A model generated the notes under the pieces. That model made no database searches. It had not been told where the DNA came from and saw nothing but the letters and a program-made list of their open reading frames with translations. From positions 416,001-480,000 of the forward strand of contig CBDAOY010000006.1 in NCBI GenBank assembly GCA_965198225.1: DNA of 64,000 nucleotides. Direction: 5' to 3'. This stretch comes from Terriglobia bacterium (GTDB lineage: Bacteria; Acidobacteriota; Terriglobia; 20CM-2-55-15). Shown piece after piece: positions 38,471-48,861 of this stretch. The position numbers and the translations under genes are program-made. Positions within the stretch are counted from its first letter, which is position 1. Each line of letters opens with the position of its first letter.

Positions 38471-40813
38471 ATGTCCCCCATTCGATGGCTCGCCAATTCC
38501 GTCATTCCGACTTTGTTTCTTATCGCGACCGGCTGCGCAGGACTCACCGATGAGTCGTCCGTTCCGGCCACACTGGACGAGCTCGCGCGGCAATCCCTGG
38601 CTCGGATCGACGGGGATCTCACCGTGCCAGGGTTGCGGCAGCCCGTCGAGGTCATCCGAGACCAGTGGGGCATGCCGCACATCTACGCCCAGAACACGGA
38701 CGACCTCTTCTTCGCGCAGGGGTACGTCATGGCTCAGGATCGGCTCTGGCAGATGGAGCTGTGGCGTCGTTGGCATGAAGGGCGCCTCTCCGAGATTTTC
38801 GGCCCGGAGGCCTTCGAGTACGACCGGCGGACGCGGCTCATGATGTTCCGGGGTCCCTGGGACGTGGAGGAGTGGTCGCGCTACCACCCCGAGGCGGAAC
38901 AAATCTTCACTGCTTACGCCAACGGGGTGAATGCGTTCATCGAACAGAACGCCGATAACCTGCCTTTGGAGTTCAAGCTCACTGGAGTTCGCCCGGATCC
39001 CTGGACAGCGCAAACGGTGGTCCTTCGCTGGGCCCAGATCGGCTTGTCGAGCGTTCGCGGGCACGCCATAAGCGAAATCCAACTCGCGATGAACGTGGCC
39101 CGTTACGGCGCGGAGGAAGCCAACCGACGCGCGTCACCCGATCCCTACGCGGACCTGGTCGTGCCCGACGGCCTCGACGTGAACCTGATCACGCAGGAGG
39201 TTCTGAGCGTCGCGCGCGCGGGTGACGGAGATCCGTTCGCGGGGTCGAACCTTCCCGCGCTCGAGGTCGTCGAGCCCTATCGATCTCTTCTCTCGGAGGT
39301 CCGCACGGCGATGGTTTCGGCCCCGTGGGACCCGGCGGACGCGGGGAGCAACAACTGGGTGGTGAGCGGTGAGCGGAGCTCGACCGGGGTGCCGATCCTG
39401 TCGAACGACCCACATAGGCGCATCGAGATGCCAGCGCTCCGCTACTTCGTGCATCTGAACGCTCCCGGCTGGAGCCTGATCGGGGGCGGTGAGCCCCCCT
39501 TCGTGGGCACGATGGCTGGGAACAACGAGAATGTGGCGTGGGGGTTTACCTTTGCCGGTACCGACATGGTGGACCTCTACGTGGAAGAGTTGAACCCGGA
39601 CGATCCGACCCGGGTGCGGTGGCAGGACGGATGGGAGCCCATCCGCGAGATCGAGGAAGAGATCCGGGTCAAGGGCGAAGTCGAGCCGCGCACGGTTGTC
39701 CTCAAGTTCAGCCGCCACGGCCCGATCTTCCACGAGGATATTGAGAATGACCTGGCGTACGCCGCGCGCTCCGTGAACCAGGAGCACGGGACGGCTCCCT
39801 ACCTGGGCAGCTTCAAGCTCGCCCAGGCGACCAGCTGTGAGGACTTCTTCGAACGGGCTATGTACTGGGTGGTGCCCACCCACAACCTGATTTGCGGAGA
39901 CAGCGAGGGAAACATCGCCCTCCAGGTGACGGGGCTTACCCCCGATCGGGATGGCTGGAACGGCCGTCTGCCCGTGCCCGGAAACGGTCAATACGAGTGG
40001 AGGGGCTTCAGGGACGACCTCCCGCGCGAATTCAATCCGGCTCGGGGTTACATCGCGACGGCGAACAACAATACGCATCCTGATGGCTACCAGGGCCGCC
40101 CTGTGTTCTACCACTCGACCCGGGGCGTGGAGACCTCGCGCATCACGCGACTCCATCAGATCTTCGCATCGCAAGAGATCCTTTCCGTCGAGGATCACAA
40201 GCGGATCCAGATGGACGCATACATCCTCCGGACCGCGCGGGACATCCCCTACTTTCAGGGCTGGACTTCCCAGGACCCACAAGTAGAGCGGGCGCGCGCC
40301 ATGATCGCGGACTGGGATGGCGTGTTGGGTCGCGAGAGCGTTCCCGCCGCGGTTTACAGACGCTGGACGAGCGAGGCCGACGAGGCAATCCAGGCCCCAC
40401 AGACCCCGGCTGCCCAGAAGCAGGCGATGGTCGAGGACGGCCTCCGAACGGCCCTCGCCAGACTTACGAGCGATTATGGGGAGGATTGGTCCGAGTGGCG
40501 CTACGGAAGGATCAACCAGAGCAACCTCGGGCACACGTTCATTCCGGAGTTCGATTTGCCTCCGGTCGAGCGGCCCGGCGCCTTTGGATCCCTGAACGCC
40601 AGCGGGGCGAACTTCAGGCGCATCATCGATCTGTCGAATCTCGACAACTCCGTCTGGACGAACGCCCCCGGACAATCGGGTCAGCCGGGAAGCCCATACT
40701 ACGGCGACATGCGCGAGTACCTTGGAAACGGAGAGCATGCCCCGCTCCTGTTCACGAGGGGCGCGGTGGAAGGAGCGGCAGCCCACCGGTTGAACCTTCT
40801 TCCCGGGAGCTAG
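38471..40813 (+). CDS. Penicillin acylase family (S45) Ntn hydrolase, lipoprotein-like
   Basis: VEVIRDQWGMPHIYA, AQGYVMAQDRLWQM, GSNNWVV nucleophile, SNDPH, ATANN, PGQSGQPGSPYY; LIATGC lipobox-like. Confidence 0.95.
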   Translation: MSPIRWLANSVIPTLFLIATGCAGLTDESSVPATLDELARQSLARIDGDLTVPGLRQPVEVIRDQWGMPHIYAQNTDDLFFAQGYVMAQDRLWQMELWRRWHEGRLSEIFGPEAFEYDRRTRLMMFRGPWDVEEWSRYHPEAEQIFTAYANGVNAFIEQNADNLPLEFKLTGVRPDPWTAQTVVLRWAQIGLSSVRGHAISEIQLAMNVARYGAEEANRRASPDPYADLVVPDGLDVNLITQEVLSVARAGDGDPFAGSNLPALEVVEPYRSLLSEVRTAMVSAPWDPADAGSNNWVVSGERSSTGVPILSNDPHRRIEMPALRYFVHLNAPGWSLIGGGEPPFVGTMAGNNENVAWGFTFAGTDMVDLYVEELNPDDPTRVRWQDGWEPIREIEEEIRVKGEVEPRTVVLKFSRHGPIFHEDIENDLAYAARSVNQEHGTAPYLGSFKLAQATSCEDFFERAMYWVVPTHNLICGDSEGNIALQVTGLTPDRDGWNGRLPVPGNGQYEWRGFRDDLPREFNPARGYIATANNNTHPDGYQGRPVFYHSTRGVETSRITRLHQIFASQEILSVEDHKRIQMDAYILRTARDIPYFQGWTSQDPQVERARAMIADWDGVLGRESVPAAVYRRWTSEADEAIQAPQTPAAQKQAMVEDGLRTALARLTSDYGEDWSEWRYGRINQSNLGHTFIPEFDLPPVERPGAFGSLNASGANFRRIIDLSNLDNSVWTNAPGQSGQPGSPYYGDMREYLGNGEHAPLLFTRGAVEGAAAHRLNLLPGS

Positions 40814-40826
40814 TAGCCTGTAACAG
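40810..40826. repeat. Third repeat family: CTAG-terminated inverted-repeat end
   Basis: CTAGTAGCCTGTAACAG, matching 44412-44430 in inverted orientation. Confidence 0.55.
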
Positions 40827-41045
40827 AGATAGTGACAGCGTCGCAAGAACTGCCCCACATTCTCGCCGATTGCCCGCGGATCACCGATCTGGTCGTAGAA
40901 TATGGTCCACTTCTGTACCTGTACTTGAAGAGCTTTTCCCTCACAACCTGGGTTGCCCACAGACATAACTTGCGAGCCACGAGCTTATAGTTCACTCTGA
41001 GTCGAGATTCCTCATCGATTCTTGCCAATAGGAATTGAGTGCCCT

Positions 41046-42530
41046 ATGCACGTGATCTCGGAAGACCCATCGCTCGGACCGGCTGCAGCGAATCGTAAAT
41101 CGTTCCTACTCCTGCGCTGGCTGCTGATCATACTTGCCGGGTATCTCACGATGTTTACGAATATCAACGAGGAGGCTCTGGTCGGCAATTTCCTTCTGGT
41201 CACCGCTTTCGCGTTATCGAATGTTCTGATAAGCCTTTCACCTTTACCACTAGTTGTGGCGCTCAAGTCGCGGCATATACTGGCAGCCATCGACGCGGTT
41301 TTTGTCTGCGCATTCCTCTACTACCTCCGCGTGGATCAGGCGTCGTTGCATCTGCCATTTATGGGTGTGGTCGTGCTGGCTATCCTCTGGCCAGACTTGC
41401 GAGTCGTTCTCTTCGCGTTGTTTGTCGTCAGCCTTCTGTTCGGACTGCTAACCAATTTCCAGCTGTTTGGTGCCGGCATCAATGTCCAGCTCGACGAGTT
41501 TCTGGCGCTGGCCCTTCTGTTTGTCGTCTCCATTTTCTATATCTTCATGGTCGACCGATTTGATCGCGACAGTGAGATTTCGGAAGCGTTGATCCAGGAA
41601 AAGCGCAACGCCGAGAACATCTCGGACATTACGCGAAAGTTATCGACTTCTCTGGAAGCCAAGGAAATCCTGACCATGCTGGTCGAGCGGTTCGCGGAAA
41701 TGATCCCCGCAGCAAAATGTTCGATTGTCAGGATGAGTCCCGCAGAAGATGCGGTGATCGTGGCGAGTTCCGACCCGGACATGGCGCCCAGGGTCTCTCT
41801 CGACGATGCTCCAGCGCTCCGAGAGGCCTTGGAAGGCAAAAAGAGGACCAGCGCCCCGCTGAAACCCGGAACGGACACGCTTGCAGTGCCCATGGTCAGT
41901 CGGGATGAAGTCATTGCATCGGTCTACTTCGAAAAGATTGTTGATCAAGATAGCCCGTGGGAAGGCAGTCTCAGTCTCATTGAGATCGTCGTCAGTACAG
42001 CGGCGAATGCCCTGGCTAACGCCGAGCGCTTCGACGAGCTGAAACTTCTGGCGAACACGGATTCTATGACGAAGCTTGCAAACTACGATTTCTTCAAGAC
42101 ACAGCTTTCCTACGAAATAGATCGAGCGAAAAGACATGACCGCACGGTCTCGCTACTTATGGTTGATTTGGATTGGCTCAAAAATATCAACGACGAGCTC
42201 GGTCACCCTGTCGGCGACCGCGTGATTCGATCGGTTGCAGATGCTATTCGTTCCAATTGCAGAGATATCGACGTGGGCGCCCGCTGCGGAGGAGAAGAGT
42301 TTGCCGTCATTCTTCCCGAAACAGACTTGGACGACGGAATGAAGGCAGCGGAGAGGCTGCGCCAACATATTGAGAAAATCGAGCGGTTCGACACCAAGAT
42401 TACCGTGTCAATCGGGGTTGCCAATTTTCCGGCCAACGCTGAAACCGGGGAAGATTTAGTCGCGGCTGCGGATGAGGCCCTGTATGCGGCTAAGCGTGGA
42501 GGTCGCAATCAAGTCGCTGCCCTTAACTAG
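41046..42530 (+). CDS. Membrane sensor diguanylate cyclase (TM-GAF-GGDEF)
   Basis: About 6 N-terminal TM helices; TDSMTKLAN, DLDWLKNINDELGHPVGD, RDID I-site, GGEEF, ITVSIGVA, ADEALYAAKRGGRN. Confidence 0.93.
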   Translation: MHVISEDPSLGPAAANRKSFLLLRWLLIILAGYLTMFTNINEEALVGNFLLVTAFALSNVLISLSPLPLVVALKSRHILAAIDAVFVCAFLYYLRVDQASLHLPFMGVVVLAILWPDLRVVLFALFVVSLLFGLLTNFQLFGAGINVQLDEFLALALLFVVSIFYIFMVDRFDRDSEISEALIQEKRNAENISDITRKLSTSLEAKEILTMLVERFAEMIPAAKCSIVRMSPAEDAVIVASSDPDMAPRVSLDDAPALREALEGKKRTSAPLKPGTDTLAVPMVSRDEVIASVYFEKIVDQDSPWEGSLSLIEIVVSTAANALANAERFDELKLLANTDSMTKLANYDFFKTQLSYEIDRAKRHDRTVSLLMVDLDWLKNINDELGHPVGDRVIRSVADAIRSNCRDIDVGARCGGEEFAVILPETDLDDGMKAAERLRQHIEKIERFDTKITVSIGVANFPANAETGEDLVAAADEALYAAKRGGRNQVAALN

Positions 42531-42564
42531 CCCATCACCCTGGGCTACGGCGCACAAATCACAC

Positions 42565-44334
42565 CTACACAGACTTCAATCGCGCCAACTCTTCCTGTAC
42601 CACGCTTGGCTCAAGTTTTCGAAAGAGCGGTTTGGGTTCCTCGAGCCCCTGCCCTACGGCAAGTCGCCGGGGTTTCCAACGACAAGTGGAATCGTTGGAA
42701 CCATACTCGCCCCCAAGCACACTTCGCTCACCAAATGCGTCATGAACCCTTTCAACGGCTGGCTCGACGAGAGTGTCTCTGTAGCCCAACAGCCTGCTGA
42801 CCTGGTGGCTGCTGTGGGGCAAGAAGGGCGAGAGGACCACGCTGAGATGGTCGAGGGTTTGCAGAGCCGCGTATTGCACAGTGGCGGCTCGATCCGGATC
42901 AGTCTTCAGGAGCTTCCAGGGTTGTTGTTGAGTGAGATACAGGTTAGCCCGGTGCGCGAGAGCGAGCGCCTCCTGCAAAGCGGCTCGAATCTCGACCCTT
43001 TCGAGGCGAGACCCGACGGCCTGGAACGCTCTTTCGCCGGCCAGTAGAAGTTCCCGATCGCCGGGTTCCAGCGACCCCGGTTCAGGGACTCGACCGTATG
43101 AGCGCCAGGCCAGGCCGAGAATGCGATTGGCGAGGTTGCCCCACACACCAACCAACTCGTTGTTGTTGCGTTCAACGAAGTCCTTCCAGGACCAGTTCGC
43201 GTCTCGCGTCTCCGGCGCGTTTGCCGCAAGGTAGTACCGTAGCTGATCGGCCTGGTAACGATCCTCAATGTCAGAGAGGCTGAGGCCCCAGCCTTCGCTC
43301 GTACTCATTTTCTTGCCCTCGAGATTGAGGAACTCGTTCGCCGGCACGTCATAAGGCAGGACGAGACCGCCGTGACCCATCAGCAGGGCTGGCCAGATGA
43401 TCGTGTGGAACGGGATGTTGTCCTTGCCGATGAAGTAGTACGACCGAACCTGCTGTGCTTGCGCTTCGCCCGGATTCCACCAGGCGTGCCACTGATCGGC
43501 GTGTTGCCGTCCTTGCGCCCACTCGATGGACGCCGAAAGGTATCCGATCACCGCGTCGAACCAAACGTACAGTCTCTTCCGTTCAAAGCCCGTCTCAGTG
43601 ACCGGAACAGGGATTCCCCATTCGATATCCCGCGTGATCGCACGTTCCTCCAGGCCGCTGCTCAACCAGTTCCGGGTGAATGCGAGTGTGTTCTTGCGCC
43701 AATGGGATCGATCGATGCCGTTCAGCCATCCCGAGATGTCTGGTTCGATCCCCGGAAGATCGAGGAGAAAATGCTCTGTGTCGCGAAACGTAACAGGGGC
43801 ACCGTCCAGCGTTGACATTGGCCCGATCAAGTTCTCTGGATCGTGGACACGCCCACAGTTGTCACACTGGTCTCCCCGCGCCCGTTCGAAGCCGCAATTG
43901 GCACAGCGACCTTCGACGTAACGGTCGGGAAGGAACCGGCCCAGGGTCTCGGAATAGGAACCAGTGACGCTCCTTTTCGTCACGAAACCCTTTTCTGACA
44001 GGCGCAGGAAAAACTCCGAGGTGACCTGATAGTGATTCTCGGAATACGTCTGCGTGAAAAGATCGAAAGAGACCCCCAGCTTCGAAAAGGTAGTCAGAAA
44101 GGATTCGTGATATCTGCGGACCAAGTCACCGGGCGCCACTCCCTCCCGTTCAGCCCGGAGCGTGATGGGCGTTCCGTGACAGTCCGACCCGGAAACCATC
44201 AGGACTTCGTTCCCACAGAGCCGATGGAATCGGGCGAAAATATCGGCCGGCAAGTACGCCCCGGCAAGGTGTCCAACGTGCAACGGGCCATTTGCGTATG
44301 GCCAGGCTACACCCACGAAGATTCGGTCGGCCAT
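42565..44334 (-). CDS. metG: Methionine--tRNA ligase (short form, no C-terminal tRNA-binding domain)
   Basis: VAWPYANGPLHVGH, SGSDCHGTPI, knuckle CANC/ARGDQCDNCG, YVWFDAVIGYLS, FIGKDNIPFH, KMSTS; GAGGAGG RBS. Confidence 0.95.
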   Translation of the reverse strand: MADRIFVGVAWPYANGPLHVGHLAGAYLPADIFARFHRLCGNEVLMVSGSDCHGTPITLRAEREGVAPGDLVRRYHESFLTTFSKLGVSFDLFTQTYSENHYQVTSEFFLRLSEKGFVTKRSVTGSYSETLGRFLPDRYVEGRCANCGFERARGDQCDNCGRVHDPENLIGPMSTLDGAPVTFRDTEHFLLDLPGIEPDISGWLNGIDRSHWRKNTLAFTRNWLSSGLEERAITRDIEWGIPVPVTETGFERKRLYVWFDAVIGYLSASIEWAQGRQHADQWHAWWNPGEAQAQQVRSYYFIGKDNIPFHTIIWPALLMGHGGLVLPYDVPANEFLNLEGKKMSTSEGWGLSLSDIEDRYQADQLRYYLAANAPETRDANWSWKDFVERNNNELVGVWGNLANRILGLAWRSYGRVPEPGSLEPGDRELLLAGERAFQAVGSRLERVEIRAALQEALALAHRANLYLTQQQPWKLLKTDPDRAATVQYAALQTLDHLSVVLSPFLPHSSHQVSRLLGYRDTLVEPAVERVHDAFGERSVLGGEYGSNDSTCRWKPRRLAVGQGLEEPKPLFRKLEPSVVQEELARLKSV

Positions 44335-44376
44335 TGCGGCCTCCTCACAATTAGAACTGATTCTGTAAACGGACAA

Positions 44377-44430
44377 TAGTGACCTGTAACAGTGCTATCG
44401 GTACCAGCGTTCACTGTTACAGGCCACTAG
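44377..44430. repeat. Miniature inverted-repeat element of the third family
   Basis: TAGTGACCTGTAACAGTG-17 nt-CACTGTTACAGGCCACTAG. Confidence 0.7.
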
Positions 44431-44578
44431 ATTGGGCGCAGAAAGTCTATAAGGCGGCGGGGGCCGCCATACTGAAGATACGGTGCGGGATGGGTTGGAC
44501 TCTGAGCATCACCTTGGATTTTAGCAGGGTAGGCCAACCTTGAACAACGGCGCGGGTAGCCCGATGGAGACAAACGAT

Positions 44579-46444
44579 TCAGTTGGTTTTCATCATTTCC
44601 GCCGCAGATCCGAGTGCCCTGGTCTCCGCGTCGCGGTGAAACTGCCGGGAGTACAATCGCGCGTAGGTGCCCTGACGCGCCAGCAGCGTGGCGTGGTCTC
44701 CTTCCTCGACCACACGACCCCGATCTATTACCAGGATGCGGTCCGCTGCGCGGATCGTCGAGAGCCGGTGCGCGATGATCAGGCTGATCCGGCCCTGGAG
44801 CACGGCTTCGATTCCCTTCTGGATCCGCCTTTCGCTTTCTGTATCCACCGATGATGTTGCCTCGTCGAGCACCAGGATCTGCGGATCGGCCAGCACCGCC
44901 CGTGCGAGAGATACGAACTGCTTCTGACCGGTAGACAACCGACTGCCACCCTCGCCGACCTCCGTCCCGTATCGGTCCCGAAGATCACCAATGAAAGTGT
45001 GGGCTCCGACGTGACGTGCTGCGGCGCGCACTTCCTCGTCCGTGGCGTCCAACCGTCCGTACCGAATGTTCTCGTGGATCGTCCCGCTGAACAGATGGGG
45101 TTCCTGCAAGACCATTCCCAGGTTCGATTGCAACCAGTGCAGGCTCCGCTGTCGGTAGTCGATGCCGTCGATCCGGATGGCGCCCAAAGTCGGTTCGTAG
45201 AAACGACACATGAGGCTCGCGATCGTGCTCTTGCCGCTTCCGGTCTCTCCGACCAGGGCAACGCTCTCACCCGCATGAATCTTGAAATCGATATCTCTAA
45301 GCACCGGCTCCTCATCGATGTAAGCGAAGTGGACGTGATCGAAGGCGATCTGACGGATGATCTCTTCTCCACCATCGAGGGCCCGACCGGGTCGAGGCTC
45401 GGCCCTCTGACGCTCCAGCGCCGCCTGCACTTCGGGAGCATCGTCGATCTCCGGCTCGGTGTCCAACAGCCCCTGCAACCGCTCCGCCGATGCCTGTGCC
45501 TCCTGCAGACCGGTGAAACGCTCTGCCATTTCCTGGATCGGCATGTGGAACAGGCCGGCGTACTGTATGAACGCCACCAGTTCACCGAGGCCGATGGCAC
45601 TGCCGACGACGAGGCCCCCACGCCACAGCGCCAGCCCTAAGCCGGCCGCACCCAGTGTCATGACGATCGGCAGGTACACCGCCGACTGGAGGGCACTCCG
45701 CAACGAATACCGGAACATCTGACGCGTCAGGACCTCGAACTCCTCCAGGTTCTCCTCCTCACGGACCAGTGCCCGGGTTGTTCGCACACCGACGATTCCT
45801 TCGTTGAAACCAGCGGTGATCCTGGAGTTCGCGCGCCGCGCCTGACGCTGCGCGCGAATGAGTTTCCTCTGATATACGACCGTCACCACCGACAGCGGTG
45901 GGACGATCACCAACACGAACAACGCCAGCCGCCAGTTCATCCAGAACATCATGGCCGTGACCCCCGACAGCAGGAACACGCCCCAAACGACGTCGAGCAG
46001 AGTCCAGGGAAGGATGCCCGAGATGCGGGCGCAATCCGATGTCATGCGTGCCATCAGCCATCCCACCGACCGTTTATCGTAGAAGGAGAACGACAGCTCC
46101 TGGAGCCGCGTGAACCCGGCGTGACGCAGGTCGTGTGCAACTCCCGTGGCCGCAATGCCGGCAAGGACGATGAACACCCAGACCATCGACGCCATGATGG
46201 CGGCCAGCGCGACGTAGACGCTTCCATAGATCCAGATTCGCCCTCCTCCGGCAGTGACGGCGTCATCGATGACGGCGGCGGTGATTCGCGGCAACAGGAC
46301 GTCGATCACGGCCACCACCATCCCGGCGAGCGCGAGTCCAGCCAGCGACCAGCGGTAGGGGCGGGCACGGGCGACGATTCGTTTCCACAGCTTTGGATCG
46401 ATCGGGTGATCGTAGTAGTCGTGTTCGTCCTGATAGGCGTTCAT
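44579..46444 (-). CDS. ABC exporter half-transporter (TMD+NBD), heterodimer partner
   Basis: GETGSGKS, degenerate signature LSTGQKQ, LDEATSSVD, IAHRLST. Confidence 0.93.
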   Translation of the reverse strand: MNAYQDEHDYYDHPIDPKLWKRIVARARPYRWSLAGLALAGMVVAVIDVLLPRITAAVIDDAVTAGGGRIWIYGSVYVALAAIMASMVWVFIVLAGIAATGVAHDLRHAGFTRLQELSFSFYDKRSVGWLMARMTSDCARISGILPWTLLDVVWGVFLLSGVTAMMFWMNWRLALFVLVIVPPLSVVTVVYQRKLIRAQRQARRANSRITAGFNEGIVGVRTTRALVREEENLEEFEVLTRQMFRYSLRSALQSAVYLPIVMTLGAAGLGLALWRGGLVVGSAIGLGELVAFIQYAGLFHMPIQEMAERFTGLQEAQASAERLQGLLDTEPEIDDAPEVQAALERQRAEPRPGRALDGGEEIIRQIAFDHVHFAYIDEEPVLRDIDFKIHAGESVALVGETGSGKSTIASLMCRFYEPTLGAIRIDGIDYRQRSLHWLQSNLGMVLQEPHLFSGTIHENIRYGRLDATDEEVRAAARHVGAHTFIGDLRDRYGTEVGEGGSRLSTGQKQFVSLARAVLADPQILVLDEATSSVDTESERRIQKGIEAVLQGRISLIIAHRLSTIRAADRILVIDRGRVVEEGDHATLLARQGTYARLYSRQFHRDAETRALGSAAEMMKTN

Positions 46445-48306
46445 GCTCCCCCCTGCTTGGTCGACCCTGCAGCCGCGTCAACATCACGCTGGAGTTCGTC
46501 TTCGAGCGCGTTCTGGATTTCCCAGATGCGTCGGTACATACCCGGACCGGCCACGAGCGTGCTGTGATCGCCCTGCTGGATCACACGCCCCTGGTCGAGC
46601 ACGAGGATGTGGTCGGCATTCATCAACGTGGACAGTCGGTGTGCGATTACGATAGTGGTTTGCCGCCCGCGCCGCTTGTCGAGCGCTTCGAGGATCAGGG
46701 CCTCGGTTTCAGTGTCCACCGCGCTCAGGGCATCGTCGAGAATGAGCAGTACCGGTTCCCTCACCAGCGCACGGGCCAAAGCCACCCTCTGGCGCTGACC
46801 TCCGGACAGGGTGACGCCGCGCTCTCCGACGAGGGTCTCGTAGCCCTTGTCAAATCGGACGATCGTGTCGTGAACGCACGCGGTCAAGGCGGCGTCGGCG
46901 ACCTCCTCCTTGGTGGCCGTCGTGCGGCCCAGCCGGATATTCTCACGCAGAGTCTTTGAAAACAGGAACGGCTCCTGCATGACGGCGGAGATCTGTGCGC
47001 GCACGTCCTTGCGGTCCATGGCAGTGATGTCCTGACCGTCGATCTCGATCGTTCCCTCGTCGGGATCGTAGAAACGGAGCAGGAGGTTGACGATCGTGGA
47101 CTTTCCCGAACCGGAAGGCCCGAGCAGCGCCAGCGTGCTGCCGGCCGCTGTTTGGAACGAAACTGCCGACAGGGCCGCTATCCCTGAGTCGTGCGAGTAG
47201 GTGACGTTTCGGAACACGATCTGGCCTGGTGTTTGAACCGTCGACGGCCTGACGCTCTCGACAGGATCCTTCTCTCTCGGATGTCCCAGGATCTCATTGA
47301 TGCGTCCGATGGCGACGGTCGCTTTTCCGAGTTCGGTCAGGATCCTGCCCATCATCCGGACCGGCCATATGAACATGTTTACGACCATCAAGAAGAAGAA
47401 GAACGCCCCGAGTCCCATGCTACCCGAGGCCAAACGCACGGCGCCGGTGAGGATAACGACCGCCACCTGTCCCATGCACAACACATCCGAGGCTGACCAG
47501 AACCCGGCCATCAGCCGATAGAGGCCGTAGTTCAGATCGCGATGCTCGCCGTTCCGCGCCGCGAACTTCTTGATCTCGTAGTCCTGCCGGGCGAACGCGC
47601 GTACGACCCGAATTCCGGTCAGGTTCTCCTGCAGGGTGCTGGTCATGCGTCCTTCGGCCTCGTCCACGGCCAGGAAGCGGGTCCGCACCCGCCGGAAGAA
47701 CGTCACCGAGAAACCAACGATCGGAAGCACCAGCACCAGCGAAACCAAAGTCATTCGGGCATCGATGGCGAACATCAGCGGAAGCGGGATCACCAGCATC
47801 ATCGATGCCCGTCCGATCTCGACGACCTGGCTCGCGAGGAACTGCCGGAGCGTGTCGACGTCGGATGTGCAACGCTGGATCAGATCCCCGGTCCGTGCCT
47901 CGTCATAGAAAGAACAAGGCAAATGCTGCAGCTGATCGTACAGACGGTCGCGGACTCGCCGCGTGATCTGTTCGCTCGCCAGAGCCGACCAGCGGCCGCG
48001 CAGGTAGGTGAAGACCCCGGCCAGCATGGTCAGCACAACTATGGCAACAGCCGACAGCCACAAGTTCGCGCCGAGGAAGTCCGCCCCACCCGACCACTCG
48101 AGGGCGCGCAGGACGAACGGGGACGCCGCAGCCGGGTCGGAGGCGAGCACGCCGTCGAGCACCATCGCCGGCACGAGAGGCACGAGGTAGAGAAAGCAGG
48201 ACGCCACCACCATCGCTGCAATCGCAGCTCCGTACCGAAGGCGTTCGCCTTCGCTGAGCTGCCATATCAATCTGTATCTTCTGTATTTCGAAGTCATCCC
48301 GTTCAC
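46441..48306 (-). CDS. ABC exporter half-transporter (TMD+NBD), degenerate Walker B
   Basis: GPSGSGKS, LSGGQRQ, LDDALSAVD, IAHRLST; 4-bp overlap with partner; pattern of a heterodimeric exporter with one degenerate ATP site. Confidence 0.93.
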   Translation of the reverse strand: MNGMTSKYRRYRLIWQLSEGERLRYGAAIAAMVVASCFLYLVPLVPAMVLDGVLASDPAAASPFVLRALEWSGGADFLGANLWLSAVAIVVLTMLAGVFTYLRGRWSALASEQITRRVRDRLYDQLQHLPCSFYDEARTGDLIQRCTSDVDTLRQFLASQVVEIGRASMMLVIPLPLMFAIDARMTLVSLVLVLPIVGFSVTFFRRVRTRFLAVDEAEGRMTSTLQENLTGIRVVRAFARQDYEIKKFAARNGEHRDLNYGLYRLMAGFWSASDVLCMGQVAVVILTGAVRLASGSMGLGAFFFFLMVVNMFIWPVRMMGRILTELGKATVAIGRINEILGHPREKDPVESVRPSTVQTPGQIVFRNVTYSHDSGIAALSAVSFQTAAGSTLALLGPSGSGKSTIVNLLLRFYDPDEGTIEIDGQDITAMDRKDVRAQISAVMQEPFLFSKTLRENIRLGRTTATKEEVADAALTACVHDTIVRFDKGYETLVGERGVTLSGGQRQRVALARALVREPVLLILDDALSAVDTETEALILEALDKRRGRQTTIVIAHRLSTLMNADHILVLDQGRVIQQGDHSTLVAGPGMYRRIWEIQNALEDELQRDVDAAAGSTKQGGA

Positions 48307-48630
48307 AAGACGTCGCTATGCCTGAACGACCAGGCGCTTGCAGAACACTCAACGAACGGGATTATCTCGGAATCGAAGGCCGGGATGGATGCCCGCTCGT
48401 CCTCGAGCGGGCAGATGGATCAGACTCCTCTACGCACCCGCTCGGGCTGCCATCGGCTGATCGCCGACCGCACCGACAAATGGGAATTTGATAGTGTGGA
48501 TGCGCATCGAATTTGCTCCTGACCCACCGGTCAAAAAGATATTTAACCGCGCTGTCGCGATCTAAATAATATAAGCCGATTCCCGAAGGAAGGCAAAACC
48601 TTTGAGGAGTGCGTATCCGGATCGAATCGC

Positions 48631-48714
48631 GTGGACTACGGCCTCGAACGCCTCGCGATTCTGCGCTACGACATCGACGACATCCGCAACGTCGAGGAGG
48701 CCGGCGTGGGTTAG
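48631..48714 (+). pseudogene. Remnant encoding a PheS-like class II aaRS motif 3
   Basis: Translates VDYGLERLAILRYDIDDIRNVEEAGVG-stop with no upstream body. Confidence 0.5.
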
Positions 48715-48773
48715 GAATCGTCCTTTCGGCCTCGCTCCAGAGCCGCCCAAGCCAAACGAAACTTCGGGATCGG

Positions 48774-48861
48774 GTGTAGGTGCGCTCTATGAGCGCACGT
48801 GTTTCGGTTGGAAGAGAGTGTTTCGGTTCGGAAAGAGTGCGGTCATAGACCGCACCTACAC
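48774..48861. repeat. REPIN-like doublet (copy 7, spacer with internal duplication)
   Basis: GTGTAGGTGCGCTCTATGAGCGCAC, GTGTTTCGGTT x2, GTGCGGTCATAGACCGCACCTACAC. Confidence 0.9.

Noticed and set aside
44335-44578. T-box or SAM riboswitch upstream of metG
   Set aside because: No T-box (UGGNACC in an antiterminator context) or SAM-I core is recognisable; the region is occupied by the small inverted-repeat element.
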